DNA of 64,000 nt from a virus. The notes below the pieces were generated by a model that was given only the letters and a program-made list of their open reading frames with translations, searched no databases and was not told where the DNA came from. The stretch lies in the IMG/VR virus record IMGVR_UViG_3300032267_001484; one strand, written 5' to 3'. Positions 1 through 8,586 of this stretch are shown in pieces (position 1 is the first letter of the stretch; each line of letters begins with the position of its first letter). Position numbers and translations under genes: made by a program.

Positions 1-926
1 TTTGTACCCCAATCTTTATCATTGCTAAAATAAATACCGGGTTCACCACTGCCGCTTAATTCAATTTTCTTCCACAATTTGTAGAATTCTTCTTCTGTGA
101 TCTTATGACGCAACACAACGGCAGAATTGTTGGAACGACCACGTTGTGGGTTTTCTTCCCACCAATTACCAAATTTGCATGTTAACATTTCTTCATCATC
201 CAAATCGAATAATGAAATCAATGCTGCTCTTCTAATACCACCACTCAATACAGCATCAGCAATATGACAAGCCATATCATGTGCTTCAAGTGAAGTAATT
301 TTATCACCATTTTTTTTACGCTCAAATATCTTTGCAAGGTTAAACAAACATTCTTTAAGTGGCTCAGGACCAGGTGCTTTACCACCTACAGTAATCAACT
401 GAGCTCCTTTAGGACGAATGTCTCTAAAATCAAATACTGGGAGTGATGCTCCTTGAAAATATGCTTTGCATAACATCCTTACAGCATCAGCCCACCCTTC
501 AATACTATCACCAACTAAATAACGTTTGTGTTTAGTTGGTACTTTGATTTCAGGTAGTTCTTCAATATGGTGATTTTGTACACTATATCCTACTCCGCAG
601 CCAGACAACAATAGGAACATTATTTCACTAAATGCACGCCAGTCATCAAGAGGAAGAAAAGAGCAATTAAATATACGAGCATTATTAAGCTCAATGGGCT
701 TACCAGCGAATTGCAAGCTGCGCATTGAAGGCAATACTTTTTTAGCATATACTAGTTTGTAAACTTCTTCGATTTCATCTTTTAGGTTTGGAAATTTAGT
801 TTGATGCATTTCTTTGTTACGCGTAACTAGTTCTTCCCATGTCTCTCTTCTTTGCTTCTCAGGAGTATATTTCGCGTACTTCATGTACGTGGTAATATCA
901 CTGAGGATACTTTGCGTTACATCCAT
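1..926 (-). CDS. nrdJ: Class II (adenosylcobalamin-dependent) ribonucleotide reductase, 5' portion; continues off the left edge
   Basis: Not in the ORF track. Manual translation from ATG at 926: MDVTQSILSDITTYMKYAKY...RRETWEE...KVLPSMRSLQFAG...IFNCSF...LLSGCGVGYS...DSIEGWAD...DFRDIRPKGA...GGKAPGPEPL...CHIADAVLSGGIRRAALISL...GEPG...WGT, the motif series of monomeric NrdJ/RTPR. Confidence 0.9.
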   Translation of the reverse strand, partial: MDVTQSILSDITTYMKYAKYTPEKQRRETWEELVTRNKEMHQTKFPNLKDEIEEVYKLVYAKKVLPSMRSLQFAGKPIELNNARIFNCSFLPLDDWRAFSEIMFLLLSGCGVGYSVQNHHIEELPEIKVPTKHKRYLVGDSIEGWADAVRMLCKAYFQGASLPVFDFRDIRPKGAQLITVGGKAPGPEPLKECLFNLAKIFERKKNGDKITSLEAHDMACHIADAVLSGGIRRAALISLFDLDDEEMLTCKFGNWWEENPQRGRSNNSAVVLRHKITEEEFYKLWKKIELSGSGEPGIYFSNDKDWGT

Positions 927-988
927 TGTTTGTTTTTTAAATAAATAATTTGATAAAATTGTAGTTATAAATATAGTATATACCGTAA

Positions 989-2365
989 TTAGCTTTCAAG
1001 TCTAAAAAACTTCTTTTGAAGCATTTGTCTTTCTTCAACGTCAACACTTGAAAAGTCATTTACAGGTTTACCATTAGAAGTTGTTTCAATATCATCATCA
1101 TCAATCGGATTAGAATCTACTTCAATAAATCCATTTGATGTGTTGATTTTGGTTTTAAAGGTCATTCCATCGGCTCCATATCTATTTTTCATAATATGAA
1201 AACGACCTGTGCCCTCAATTTTATCTTTACGTTTACGAGCTAAGGATATAATAATATCACCAATCATAATTTTTTCATATGATCCAGCTGCATTATCACC
1301 TTCAATAATATCTGATTTAGCAGCACCTCTATTTGCTTGAGATGGTGATATCAGAGGTATACCTTTTTCTTTAGCAAATGCTTTAGCAGCAACATAAACA
1401 TCGTCAATTTCTTCTTTACGATCTTTTCTAGAACGTGTACGCATGTAATCCAAATAGTCTATAATGATCATATCTGGTTTAAATTCGTTTTGATGTTCTA
1501 GTTGCTGGAGGTGTGCTTCGATTGTATCGAATGATGCTCTTTTAGGTGGATATTCTTTAATAATAACCTTACCTTTTACTTTACCTACTATTTCATCTAC
1601 TTCTTTACGGTGTAGATGAAGTTTATCTACCTCAATACCAGAGAAGATAGCATCGTAGCGTTTACCAACATATCCTTCACCTAATTCAAGTGAATAATGT
1701 ACTACATTATACCCTAATGCTGCTGCATAAGCACCCATTGCTGATATAGCCCATGATTTACCCCCACCTGGATTGCCAAACATAAGTACTAAATCACCTT
1801 TACCATACCCACCTTGAGTTAATTCGTTAAATGTAGCCCAAGGGAATGGAATTGTGTTTCTATCATCTTCACGGTATCTAGCTTCAATATCTAGATTGTA
1901 ATCTAGACCTACAGTTTTGTCTTCACCCGACTTTACTGCTTTACTAATTAATTGAAGGATACTATCAAAATCGTTTACTTCGAGTAGTTGTACTGAATTT
2001 AGAATTGCTGTTTTAACTTGTTGGTTACGACAGAATGAACTAAATTCGGCTTCAACCCACTCAATATCACGCTGATCAGCCATTTTATAGGCATCTTTAA
2101 GTGCTTCTACGATTGATATCCTTAATACTTCATTTTCAATCTTTTTCACCTCAATAGACATTGTTTCTACTGTTGGTGTAGTATGATATTCTGAGAAGTA
2201 TTTTTGAATGTATTCAACAACCCATTTATGTGCTGATGATTCAAAATATTCTGAGTCTAGTGAATCAATAATATTGATTAGAAACTGTCGTTGTGTTAGG
2301 AGAGCACCCAATACTTTAATTTGGAATGCTGACCCGTATTGATTTAATTTACTTAATGTTGTGAT
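989..2365 (-). CDS. dnaB: Replicative DNA helicase (DnaB/gp41 family)
   Basis: Walker A GNPGGGKS, YSLE, Walker B IIIDYLD, SQANR, MKNRYG. The track starts at TTG 2311 but the frame is open to ATC 2365 (ITTLSKLNQYGSAFQIKV), 5 nt behind AAGGAGG; start position uncertain. Confidence 0.92.
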   Translation of the reverse strand: MTTLSKLNQYGSAFQIKVLGALLTQRQFLINIIDSLDSEYFESSAHKWVVEYIQKYFSEYHTTPTVETMSIEVKKIENEVLRISIVEALKDAYKMADQRDIEWVEAEFSSFCRNQQVKTAILNSVQLLEVNDFDSILQLISKAVKSGEDKTVGLDYNLDIEARYREDDRNTIPFPWATFNELTQGGYGKGDLVLMFGNPGGGKSWAISAMGAYAAALGYNVVHYSLELGEGYVGKRYDAIFSGIEVDKLHLHRKEVDEIVGKVKGKVIIKEYPPKRASFDTIEAHLQQLEHQNEFKPDMIIIDYLDYMRTRSRKDRKEEIDDVYVAAKAFAKEKGIPLISPSQANRGAAKSDIIEGDNAAGSYEKIMIGDIIISLARKRKDKIEGTGRFHIMKNRYGADGMTFKTKINTSNGFIEVDSNPIDDDDIETTSNGKPVNDFSSVDVEERQMLQKKFFRLES

Positions 2366-2392
2366 AGGTACCTCCTTTATTTTATAACCTTA

Positions 2393-3073
2393 TTAATTGT
2401 ATTTCCACATAAATCCACCTGCTGTCTTTGCTAGTCCTGTTACTACGTTTTTGATTCCTTTTATACCAGTTTCATTTCTAGCTTCAGTAATAGATTTATA
2501 TTCTTTTAATATATTGTTGTTTTTATCTAATTGTATTACAGGTTTAGATTTAACTTCAATACATTTTTGTCTATTATTTTTAATATTCAAACACCAATCT
2601 AAATTATGTTTTTTGCCTATCCTAACTAAAGATATATTCTTTCTATGTTGTTCACTTTTAGGTTTATTATAATTTCCATGCTCACTTCCTTGTTTATAAT
2701 TTAATGATGTTAAACCAATTCTACCTTTACTAATTTTATCACCGTGATTTAAAGCAATACCTTTTTTAGCTTTGCTTATTTTTTCTTTTGTTTCTTCAGA
2801 TAATCCTGAATTTCCAAAGGGTTTATTTGTTTTATTATAGAAATTAGGATTATTTTCAACATCATAATAATTTAACCAGTATGTTTCTCGTTCTATAAGA
2901 TGATTAATACTATCACAGTGTTCAATTATTTCTTTTTTAAAACTATGTTTACCATATTCTTTAATAGCAATCTTTAAATCAGCACCAGAACCAATATAAT
3001 TAGGATCATTATTTTTGTCTTTACCTATATACTGTTTACCAGTAATTAGATTTGTTGTTTTATATATTACCAT
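2393..3073 (-). CDS. Free-standing GIY-YIG homing endonuclease with NUMOD3-like repeats and C-terminal NUMOD1/IENR1-like domain
   Basis: VIYKTTNLITGKQYIG, YIGSG, ERETYW, FYN; SEETKEKIS and KSEQHRKNIS repeats; C-terminal KPVIQLD...YKSITEA...KTAGGFMWKY. Confidence 0.88.
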   Translation of the reverse strand: MVIYKTTNLITGKQYIGKDKNNDPNYIGSGADLKIAIKEYGKHSFKKEIIEHCDSINHLIERETYWLNYYDVENNPNFYNKTNKPFGNSGLSEETKEKISKAKKGIALNHGDKISKGRIGLTSLNYKQGSEHGNYNKPKSEQHRKNISLVRIGKKHNLDWCLNIKNNRQKCIEVKSKPVIQLDKNNNILKEYKSITEARNETGIKGIKNVVTGLAKTAGGFMWKYN

Positions 3074-3124
3074 AATATTATTTATAATAAATATATGACA
3101 ATACTAGATAAATTAAATCCTATA

Positions 3125-3349
3125 TTATTCTTTGTTATAAGTTTCGTTATAATATTGTTCTGCTTCTGATATTCTTGATTCTAGGCTAAAATGAGGGGTT
3201 TTTTGTCCATTTATATTAGCATTAGTTATCTGCTCTTTTTCCATTGCTTTGGCTTGTTGAATAGCATTATATGTTGTTGCGTCATATTTAGCCATTGCTT
3301 TTGGTATTAGTTGTTCAACTAACCAATCTACTGCTGTTTGTTGTACCAT
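3125..3349 (-). CDS. Hypothetical phage protein (QTAVxWL...AKAMEKEQI...AEQYYNETY type)
   Basis: 74-aa ORF, ATG start, same strand and composition as neighbours. Confidence 0.7.
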   Translation of the reverse strand: MVQQTAVDWLVEQLIPKAMAKYDATTYNAIQQAKAMEKEQITNANINGQKTPHFSLESRISEAEQYYNETYNKE

Positions 3350-3376
3350 ATTTTATTTAATTTTTATAACCTAAAT

Positions 3377-4399
3377 TTATTTGAAAGAATTTGGATAACC
3401 AAATAGTTGAGTTAACCACGATTGTACATTAGGAATACTTTCTCCTAATTTATCATTATGATATAATTGCAAAAATATAGGTATATTTAATTCATAAGAA
3501 TTAGTAAATGCTTGTTTAACTAACTGTTTGTTATCCGGTGATAAAAAATCTCCATCCAAAGACATCAGCCTTCTATTAATTTCTAGTTGATGTCTTCTTT
3601 CTACAACAGATAGATATAATTTATTTTCATTGATTAGTTCAGCGGATTTTTCTATTATACTCTCTAAAGTAACCCTATTACCTGTTAACTCAGGAAACAG
3701 CTTGATTATTTTTTTAGGACCTAAACCACTAATACCAGGAACATTATCAGATTGATCACCTAACAATATTTTGTAGTTGATAAAATTATTACAACTAACA
3801 CCATATTCTTCTTTTACTTCTTTAGGTGTGTATGTTTTCTTTTTAGTAGGAGAATAACAATGAACTTTATTACTTACTAATTGTAAGAAGTCCTTATCAG
3901 CAGACATAATAGTTACTTTTTGAGTTTCTTCATGTGGCTCAAATTTAGTAGCTACATATCCAATAATATCATCTGCTTCTAGTCCATCAATACTAATTAC
4001 AGTTACAGGTAGGCATTTTAAATATTGAACCAATCTTTCCATTTGGTTACTGATGCTTTCCTGTTCTTCATCCTTAGAACTAAAAATATCATAATTAGTA
4101 ATACGGCTCGTATTACGATTTGTTTTATAATCAGGGAATAAGTTACGTCTAGCATTTGAACCTCCTACGCCATCAAATACAATGACAATTTTAGTTGGGT
4201 CTACCATTCTGATAGCATAACCAACTGATTTTAAAAACCCGGTAAGACCACCTATGTGGTGGCCATCCGGGTTTATGTGGTTTACCATAGTGAAGTTTCT
4301 CAAAAAGGTATTGAGACCGTCTATGATTAAAATTGAATTGAGTTCTTTGCGTATATCAGGTTGGATGTTAGAGAGTAATTCTTGGTATTTACTCGACAT
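3377..4399 (-). CDS. 5'-3' exonuclease / flap endonuclease (PolA N-terminal domain / T4 RNase H family)
   Basis: IIDGLN, VFDG, YKTNR, EADDIIG, SADKDFLQL, GDQSDNVPGISGLGPK (H3TH). ATG at 4399 preferred over track start 4408. Confidence 0.92.
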   Translation of the reverse strand: MSSKYQELLSNIQPDIRKELNSILIIDGLNTFLRNFTMVNHINPDGHHIGGLTGFLKSVGYAIRMVDPTKIVIVFDGVGGSNARRNLFPDYKTNRNTSRITNYDIFSSKDEEQESISNQMERLVQYLKCLPVTVISIDGLEADDIIGYVATKFEPHEETQKVTIMSADKDFLQLVSNKVHCYSPTKKKTYTPKEVKEEYGVSCNNFINYKILLGDQSDNVPGISGLGPKKIIKLFPELTGNRVTLESIIEKSAELINENKLYLSVVERRHQLEINRRLMSLDGDFLSPDNKQLVKQAFTNSYELNIPIFLQLYHNDKLGESIPNVQSWLTQLFGYPNSFK

Positions 4400-5468
4400 C
4401 AGCTTCAATTACGTCTTTAATATTTTCGTTCATTTCATCTTCTTCAACAATATCAAAGTCAGTTGAACCAAGAATTTGGAGCCAATTACTAGAATTAGCC
4501 TTTTTATACTCGTCAATTGCTTTTTTATCATCTTCAATAAATCCGTGAACGGTCATTACTGTTGTACCTTTTGTTTGCACTCCGGTAATGTGATTCTTGT
4601 CTACTGAGATTTTGGTGCGTTTAGCAAACTCAACATCTTTACCATTCTTAGTTGCTTTGATTTTACTTGTACCACTATTGGTTACATTACCAAATGTTAC
4701 TACAAGTGATGAATCAAAGAACATAGTATCACCGCCTTTATTTTTAATTTTAGGCATTTCCATTGGTACTGATGGTTTAGCTACCCATACTTTATTTACA
4801 GCAATAAACGTATTCGTATACGGTTTATTTTCTTTACGTGATAGCGTAATTTGCTGATTGATAAAATTACCAAATGTTTGAGACATTGCTCCAGCGTTCC
4901 ATTCGTTGTTATTGCTAGATTTTTCAACACTTAATCTACATGGAATAGATCCAACTGAGTCCCATAGGAAGCAGATATCATATGGTAGTTTGCCTTTGGC
5001 TTGTTCATTTAGTAAATCAGCCATAAACGCACCTACATCTTCAATTGTGTTAAGTGAGCCTCTGTCTACATAAATAAAGAATCCTTTATAATCTGTAATT
5101 TCACCTGTTTCTTCATTAACTACAGGTTGCATTTCAAATCCCATTGTTTGAGCATGTTCCCAATTCCATTTCATTTCAGTAACAATAAACACAGGCAATA
5201 TACCCATCTTTTGTGCTGCTACTGCTGCTTCAAGCATGGCTGTTGTTTTGCCGGTATCCGAGTGACCACGTAACAAAGTTATGTGGCCCATCGGAATGCC
5301 AGGCAATGACAGTACATCTTGGAATGCTTTAGAAAGCGGAATCCAGCGTTGTGGTTTGAACTTAACAGACTGATCTAGAAATTTGGATTTTTTAAACGAG
5401 TCAATGTCGAATGACTTTTTAAGTGACTCAGATACCACTGACGTTAAACTGTCTTTACTTTTTGCCAT
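4389..5468 (-). CDS. recA: RecA/UvsX-like recombinase
   Basis: GIPMGHITLLRGHSDTGKTT Walker A, LWDSVGS Walker B, GG motif, VDKNH; lies in the SSB/exonuclease/helicase cluster. Confidence 0.85.
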   Translation of the reverse strand: MAKSKDSLTSVVSESLKKSFDIDSFKKSKFLDQSVKFKPQRWIPLSKAFQDVLSLPGIPMGHITLLRGHSDTGKTTAMLEAAVAAQKMGILPVFIVTEMKWNWEHAQTMGFEMQPVVNEETGEITDYKGFFIYVDRGSLNTIEDVGAFMADLLNEQAKGKLPYDICFLWDSVGSIPCRLSVEKSSNNNEWNAGAMSQTFGNFINQQITLSRKENKPYTNTFIAVNKVWVAKPSVPMEMPKIKNKGGDTMFFDSSLVVTFGNVTNSGTSKIKATKNGKDVEFAKRTKISVDKNHITGVQTKGTTVMTVHGFIEDDKKAIDEYKKANSSNWLQILGSTDFDIVEEDEMNENIKDVIEADVE

Positions 5469-5470
5469 TA

Positions 5471-6295
5471 TTAGTCGTTAAATAGGTCATTAAATTTATC
5501 TGCATTGCTTGTTTTAGCAGGTGCTGTTTCGAGTGAATAAGCAGGTGTTACTGATTTATTCATCTCAGCAATAAAATCATCACTACTTTCTACTTTAGGT
5601 GCAGATGGGGTTTCAGATGTTGATTCATCTTCAGGATTTAACCACTTAGTCAACACTTCTTTAAGTTGATCATAAGAATATTTACGATTAATAGCAAGGA
5701 TATCAGGTTGTTCTTCAAGTGCTTTTTCTACCAAGGTAGCATCTTCAGAAATTGGAGTTGATTTTACTTTAGGACGAAGAGTACATTTAATACCTTTCCT
5801 ACCAGCAACCATATCTTCAGTTGCTTCGATTGTAAAATCACGACCATCAGTGATGTCTGTAAAATCACCATAATCATCATCAGCAGCGATGCCAAGAAGT
5901 TGATCATGAGTCAATTTACCAAATTCCCACAAACGAGCACCCAAATGTTCTTCACCACGTACTAGTACAGCTGCAAAGAAACGAGATTTAGGACTAATTT
6001 TGTTTGCCAATTGCCAATCTTCTTTATCAGATGACTTACGAAGATTTTTAGCGAAATCAGCAATTGGATCAGCTTCTTGCCAATTGGTAAGAGCCAAAAT
6101 TGGTCCTTTAGCAAACCCATAATGGAATTGTACTTCGCGGATAGGCCATGACTTATCATACTTGTTAGGTAGGATACGTACTTGATACTTACCGGCTTTT
6201 GGTTTAAAGAAAATTTTACTGTAATCAATTTTTTCACGTTGTTGCCCTTTGTTTTGAGCAGCGGCTAACTTCTGCTTTACCAGATTAAGATCCAT
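5471..6295 (-). CDS. gp32: Single-stranded DNA-binding protein (T4 gp32-like)
   Basis: FFKP..GKYQVRILP, HY, DPI, LWEFG, DITDGRDF, acidic C-terminal tail FNDLFND. Confidence 0.85.
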   Translation of the reverse strand: MDLNLVKQKLAAAQNKGQQREKIDYSKIFFKPKAGKYQVRILPNKYDKSWPIREVQFHYGFAKGPILALTNWQEADPIADFAKNLRKSSDKEDWQLANKISPKSRFFAAVLVRGEEHLGARLWEFGKLTHDQLLGIAADDDYGDFTDITDGRDFTIEATEDMVAGRKGIKCTLRPKVKSTPISEDATLVEKALEEQPDILAINRKYSYDQLKEVLTKWLNPEDESTSETPSAPKVESSDDFIAEMNKSVTPAYSLETAPAKTSNADKFNDLFND

Positions 6296-6314
6296 AACTA
6301 TTATAATTTAGAAT

Positions 6315-6346
6315 TAAATATAAGATTTTTTGTTTGGACAACCAAA
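6315..6346 (-). promoter_or_regulatory. Bacteroidota-type primary-sigma promoter (-33 TTTG, 20-nt spacer, -7 TATATTTA) upstream of the SSB/recombination operon
   Basis: Minus strand TTTGgttgtccaaacaaaaaatctTATATTTA matches TTTG-N19-21-TAnnTTTG with one mismatch; same TTTGGTTGTC head as at 23944-23975. Confidence 0.65.
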
Positions 6347-6350
6347 CTTC

Positions 6351-7085
6351 TTAAGACTGAGCAGCCATTTTTACTTTATCTGCTTTGGAGCCAATTATTT
6401 CCCCTGCATCTTTTCTATCGTCTATTGCAATATTGAATAGGGAATTAGTGTCTGTATTTCCTTGCCTAATTTCTCTCTTTATAGAGTTGGCGAATTTTCT
6501 AAACCATCCTGGTCCATTCCATGTAGCATAAGCGAAATGGAAGAACAATCTAGGATCAGATTTAATTATTTGTTGTTCTTTGGGACTGAAGTGTACTTTA
6601 AAAAGTCTTTCAAATTCAGGTTCCATCATCTGGGAGGCTAGGTCTTGTAATTGTCCTTTTATTTCACCTCCGTCATAATATCTTGTCCATTTTTCAGGAT
6701 TTTTCTTTTTATTAGCATCGATTAACTCCCAAAACTTCCTACCAGCATCCGATGTATTTAATTTACCACCTGTTTTTCTATCAATGCCAAACATAGTTTC
6801 GCCTGATTTGCTAAATACTCGTTTTTCACGTTTGTTAGTTAATTGAGATGGATTAACATATGCTCCTTCTAGACTATCGATAACGCTTTTAGTAGCTTTA
6901 TTAAATTCAGATTGAACACTTACTATTTTTTCATCAGGAGCTTTATCACGATTTAAATAAGTTAAACCTCCAGCGGCAGCAGCTGCTGCAAACATAGGAG
7001 CCATAATTTTTGATTTCCAATTTGCTTCATCAACTTGTTGTTGCTCTTCTAAAACTTGATTAGCTATGTCTAGTAGTTTGATCAT
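6351..7085 (-). CDS. Putative glycoside hydrolase family 108-like lysozyme with N-terminal propeptide and hydrophobic segment
   Basis: LEGAYVNP...SGETMFGID resembles the GH108 EGGY...GGET.YGI catalytic motif; YATWNGPG; Ala/Gly-rich hydrophobic stretch at residues ~27-45. Confidence 0.6.
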   Translation of the reverse strand: MIKLLDIANQVLEEQQQVDEANWKSKIMAPMFAAAAAAGGLTYLNRDKAPDEKIVSVQSEFNKATKSVIDSLEGAYVNPSQLTNKREKRVFSKSGETMFGIDRKTGGKLNTSDAGRKFWELIDANKKKNPEKWTRYYDGGEIKGQLQDLASQMMEPEFERLFKVHFSPKEQQIIKSDPRLFFHFAYATWNGPGWFRKFANSIKREIRQGNTDTNSLFNIAIDDRKDAGEIIGSKADKVKMAAQS

Positions 7086-7435
7086 TAAGAAATTGTTAAA
7101 TTAAAATTACCAGTTCCTTTTAAATAGTATGTAGTTCCAATAACATTAGACGTTGGAGTAAATGTTAAAGATGAAACACCAACAGGAATAATAACAGAAG
7201 CAATATATGGAGATGAAACAAATTCCATAGAAGCAGGTACAACCCAAGCCCCTTCAGTATTTTTTGGAGAAGAACCACTAACATAAAACCCATCAGGATT
7301 AGGTATTGTTTCTATAGTAAAATAGTTAACAGTATTTCCTGAATTGGTGAAGGTAAATGTTTTTAATCCTGCTGCTGTGAAATTTTCACCTAATGTTCCT
7401 TGTCCAGATAGTTGTGCTGCTGTATAAGTTGCCAT
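7085..7435 (-). CDS. Hypothetical protein (beta-rich, possibly virion-associated)
   Basis: 116-aa ORF translationally coupled (TAATG overlaps) to both neighbours. Confidence 0.6.
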   Translation of the reverse strand: MATYTAAQLSGQGTLGENFTAAGLKTFTFTNSGNTVNYFTIETIPNPDGFYVSGSSPKNTEGAWVVPASMEFVSSPYIASVIIPVGVSSLTFTPTSNVIGTTYYLKGTGNFNLTIS

Positions 7436-7851
7436 TATTTATTAAGGTCTATAATTTTATAAATAGCAGTGTCTAATTTACGCAATTCAGGGCCAGTATT
7501 AAGTAATATACAGTTTTTATAATCAGCCCAATTAATAATATATTTGGTATCTAGTATACCACCATTTAATTGTCTAATCAATGCATTGAGTGCATTAATA
7601 GTATATAGTGTATTACTTTCCTTTTTACGATGCAATAGAATAGTATTAGGCAATGGATCTTCAGATACATTACCTGTATCGATGTTATAAGTACACATCA
7701 ATTCCTTACTTTGAGGTGATTCAAGAATGAATACCTTGTTGTAAAGTATTGTATAGCGACGATTTATATTGCTAACTGTTGCTTCTAGCTCGTCTTGTGT
7801 AGTAAAGGTGCAGAATAATTTATTCATTAAAAGATCTGAGTTGAATAGCAT
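7435..7851 (-). CDS. Hypothetical phage protein (HRKKESNTLYTINALN motif)
   Basis: Track start 7905 lies inside the HNH gene; in-frame ATG at 7851 just after the ATATTTAT motif (7862-7869) is more plausible. Confidence 0.7.
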   Translation of the reverse strand: MLFNSDLLMNKLFCTFTTQDELEATVSNINRRYTILYNKVFILESPQSKELMCTYNIDTGNVSEDPLPNTILLHRKKESNTLYTINALNALIRQLNGGILDTKYIINWADYKNCILLNTGPELRKLDTAIYKIIDLNK

Positions 7852-7859
7852 CTCATTAC

Positions 7860-8555
7860 TTATAAATATGTCTGGAGTAAGGATAAATGATGTTTTTTGA
7901 TCCATTGTATTGTTTCGTTTAGGTATGTTTTATTAATGTTAAATTTTATATATTTATTTTTTACTTTTCTGTTTTCTTCTTTAGATAATGGATACAAGTT
8001 TCTTAAATCATTTATTATAGAGGGGGGAGTGTTTGGTTCAAACCAACTTACAGGTATATTGTGATGTACTTCCCACTCTCCTATATTATTCCAGTTCATC
8101 CAAGATTCAAATAATGATTCTATGTGGTTTTTTAAATCATTACTTGTATAATCTACTCTATCATCGTTAATGTCATTCAAACATCGTCTCTTAATATTCA
8201 AACATATTAAAACATGAGGATTATCTCTATAATATTGCTTTTTGTATGCTTTTTGATATTGTTTATAATAGTCTTCATTTTCGTATACCCATTCCTTTAT
8301 ATATTTAGCTTGTTTTAATTTTATTTCTGGTTTGTTTCTATATTGTTTTAGTTTGGGTAATATTATGTTTTTATTGTTATGGTAATAGTTATTTACTTGT
8401 TGTTTTATATTTTCATTATTATCAATGTATATCTTTTTATTATTGTCACTAACACATTGTTTGCACCATACATGATAACCATCTACTTTATTTTTATTTT
8501 TATTAAATTCAGTTAGTGGTTTAATAATATTGCACTTATTACATATTCTATCCAT
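7860..8555 (-). CDS. Putative HNH homing endonuclease with N-terminal Zn ribbon
   Basis: CNKC...WCKQC, Lys/Tyr-rich linker, WMNWNN.GEWEVHHNIP...NLYPL..EENRK..N (HNH-like). Confidence 0.72.
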   Translation of the reverse strand: MDRICNKCNIIKPLTEFNKNKNKVDGYHVWCKQCVSDNNKKIYIDNNENIKQQVNNYYHNNKNIILPKLKQYRNKPEIKLKQAKYIKEWVYENEDYYKQYQKAYKKQYYRDNPHVLICLNIKRRCLNDINDDRVDYTSNDLKNHIESLFESWMNWNNIGEWEVHHNIPVSWFEPNTPPSIINDLRNLYPLSKEENRKVKNKYIKFNINKTYLNETIQWIKKHHLSLLQTYL

Positions 8556-8586
8556 GCGTATAAATATATGAAGGGTGCAGAAGAAC

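Noticed and set aside
2366-3376. Group I intron carrying the GIY-YIG gene
   Set aside because: Flanking genes are intact, intergenic gaps are only about 30-50 nt, and no ribozyme core is visible
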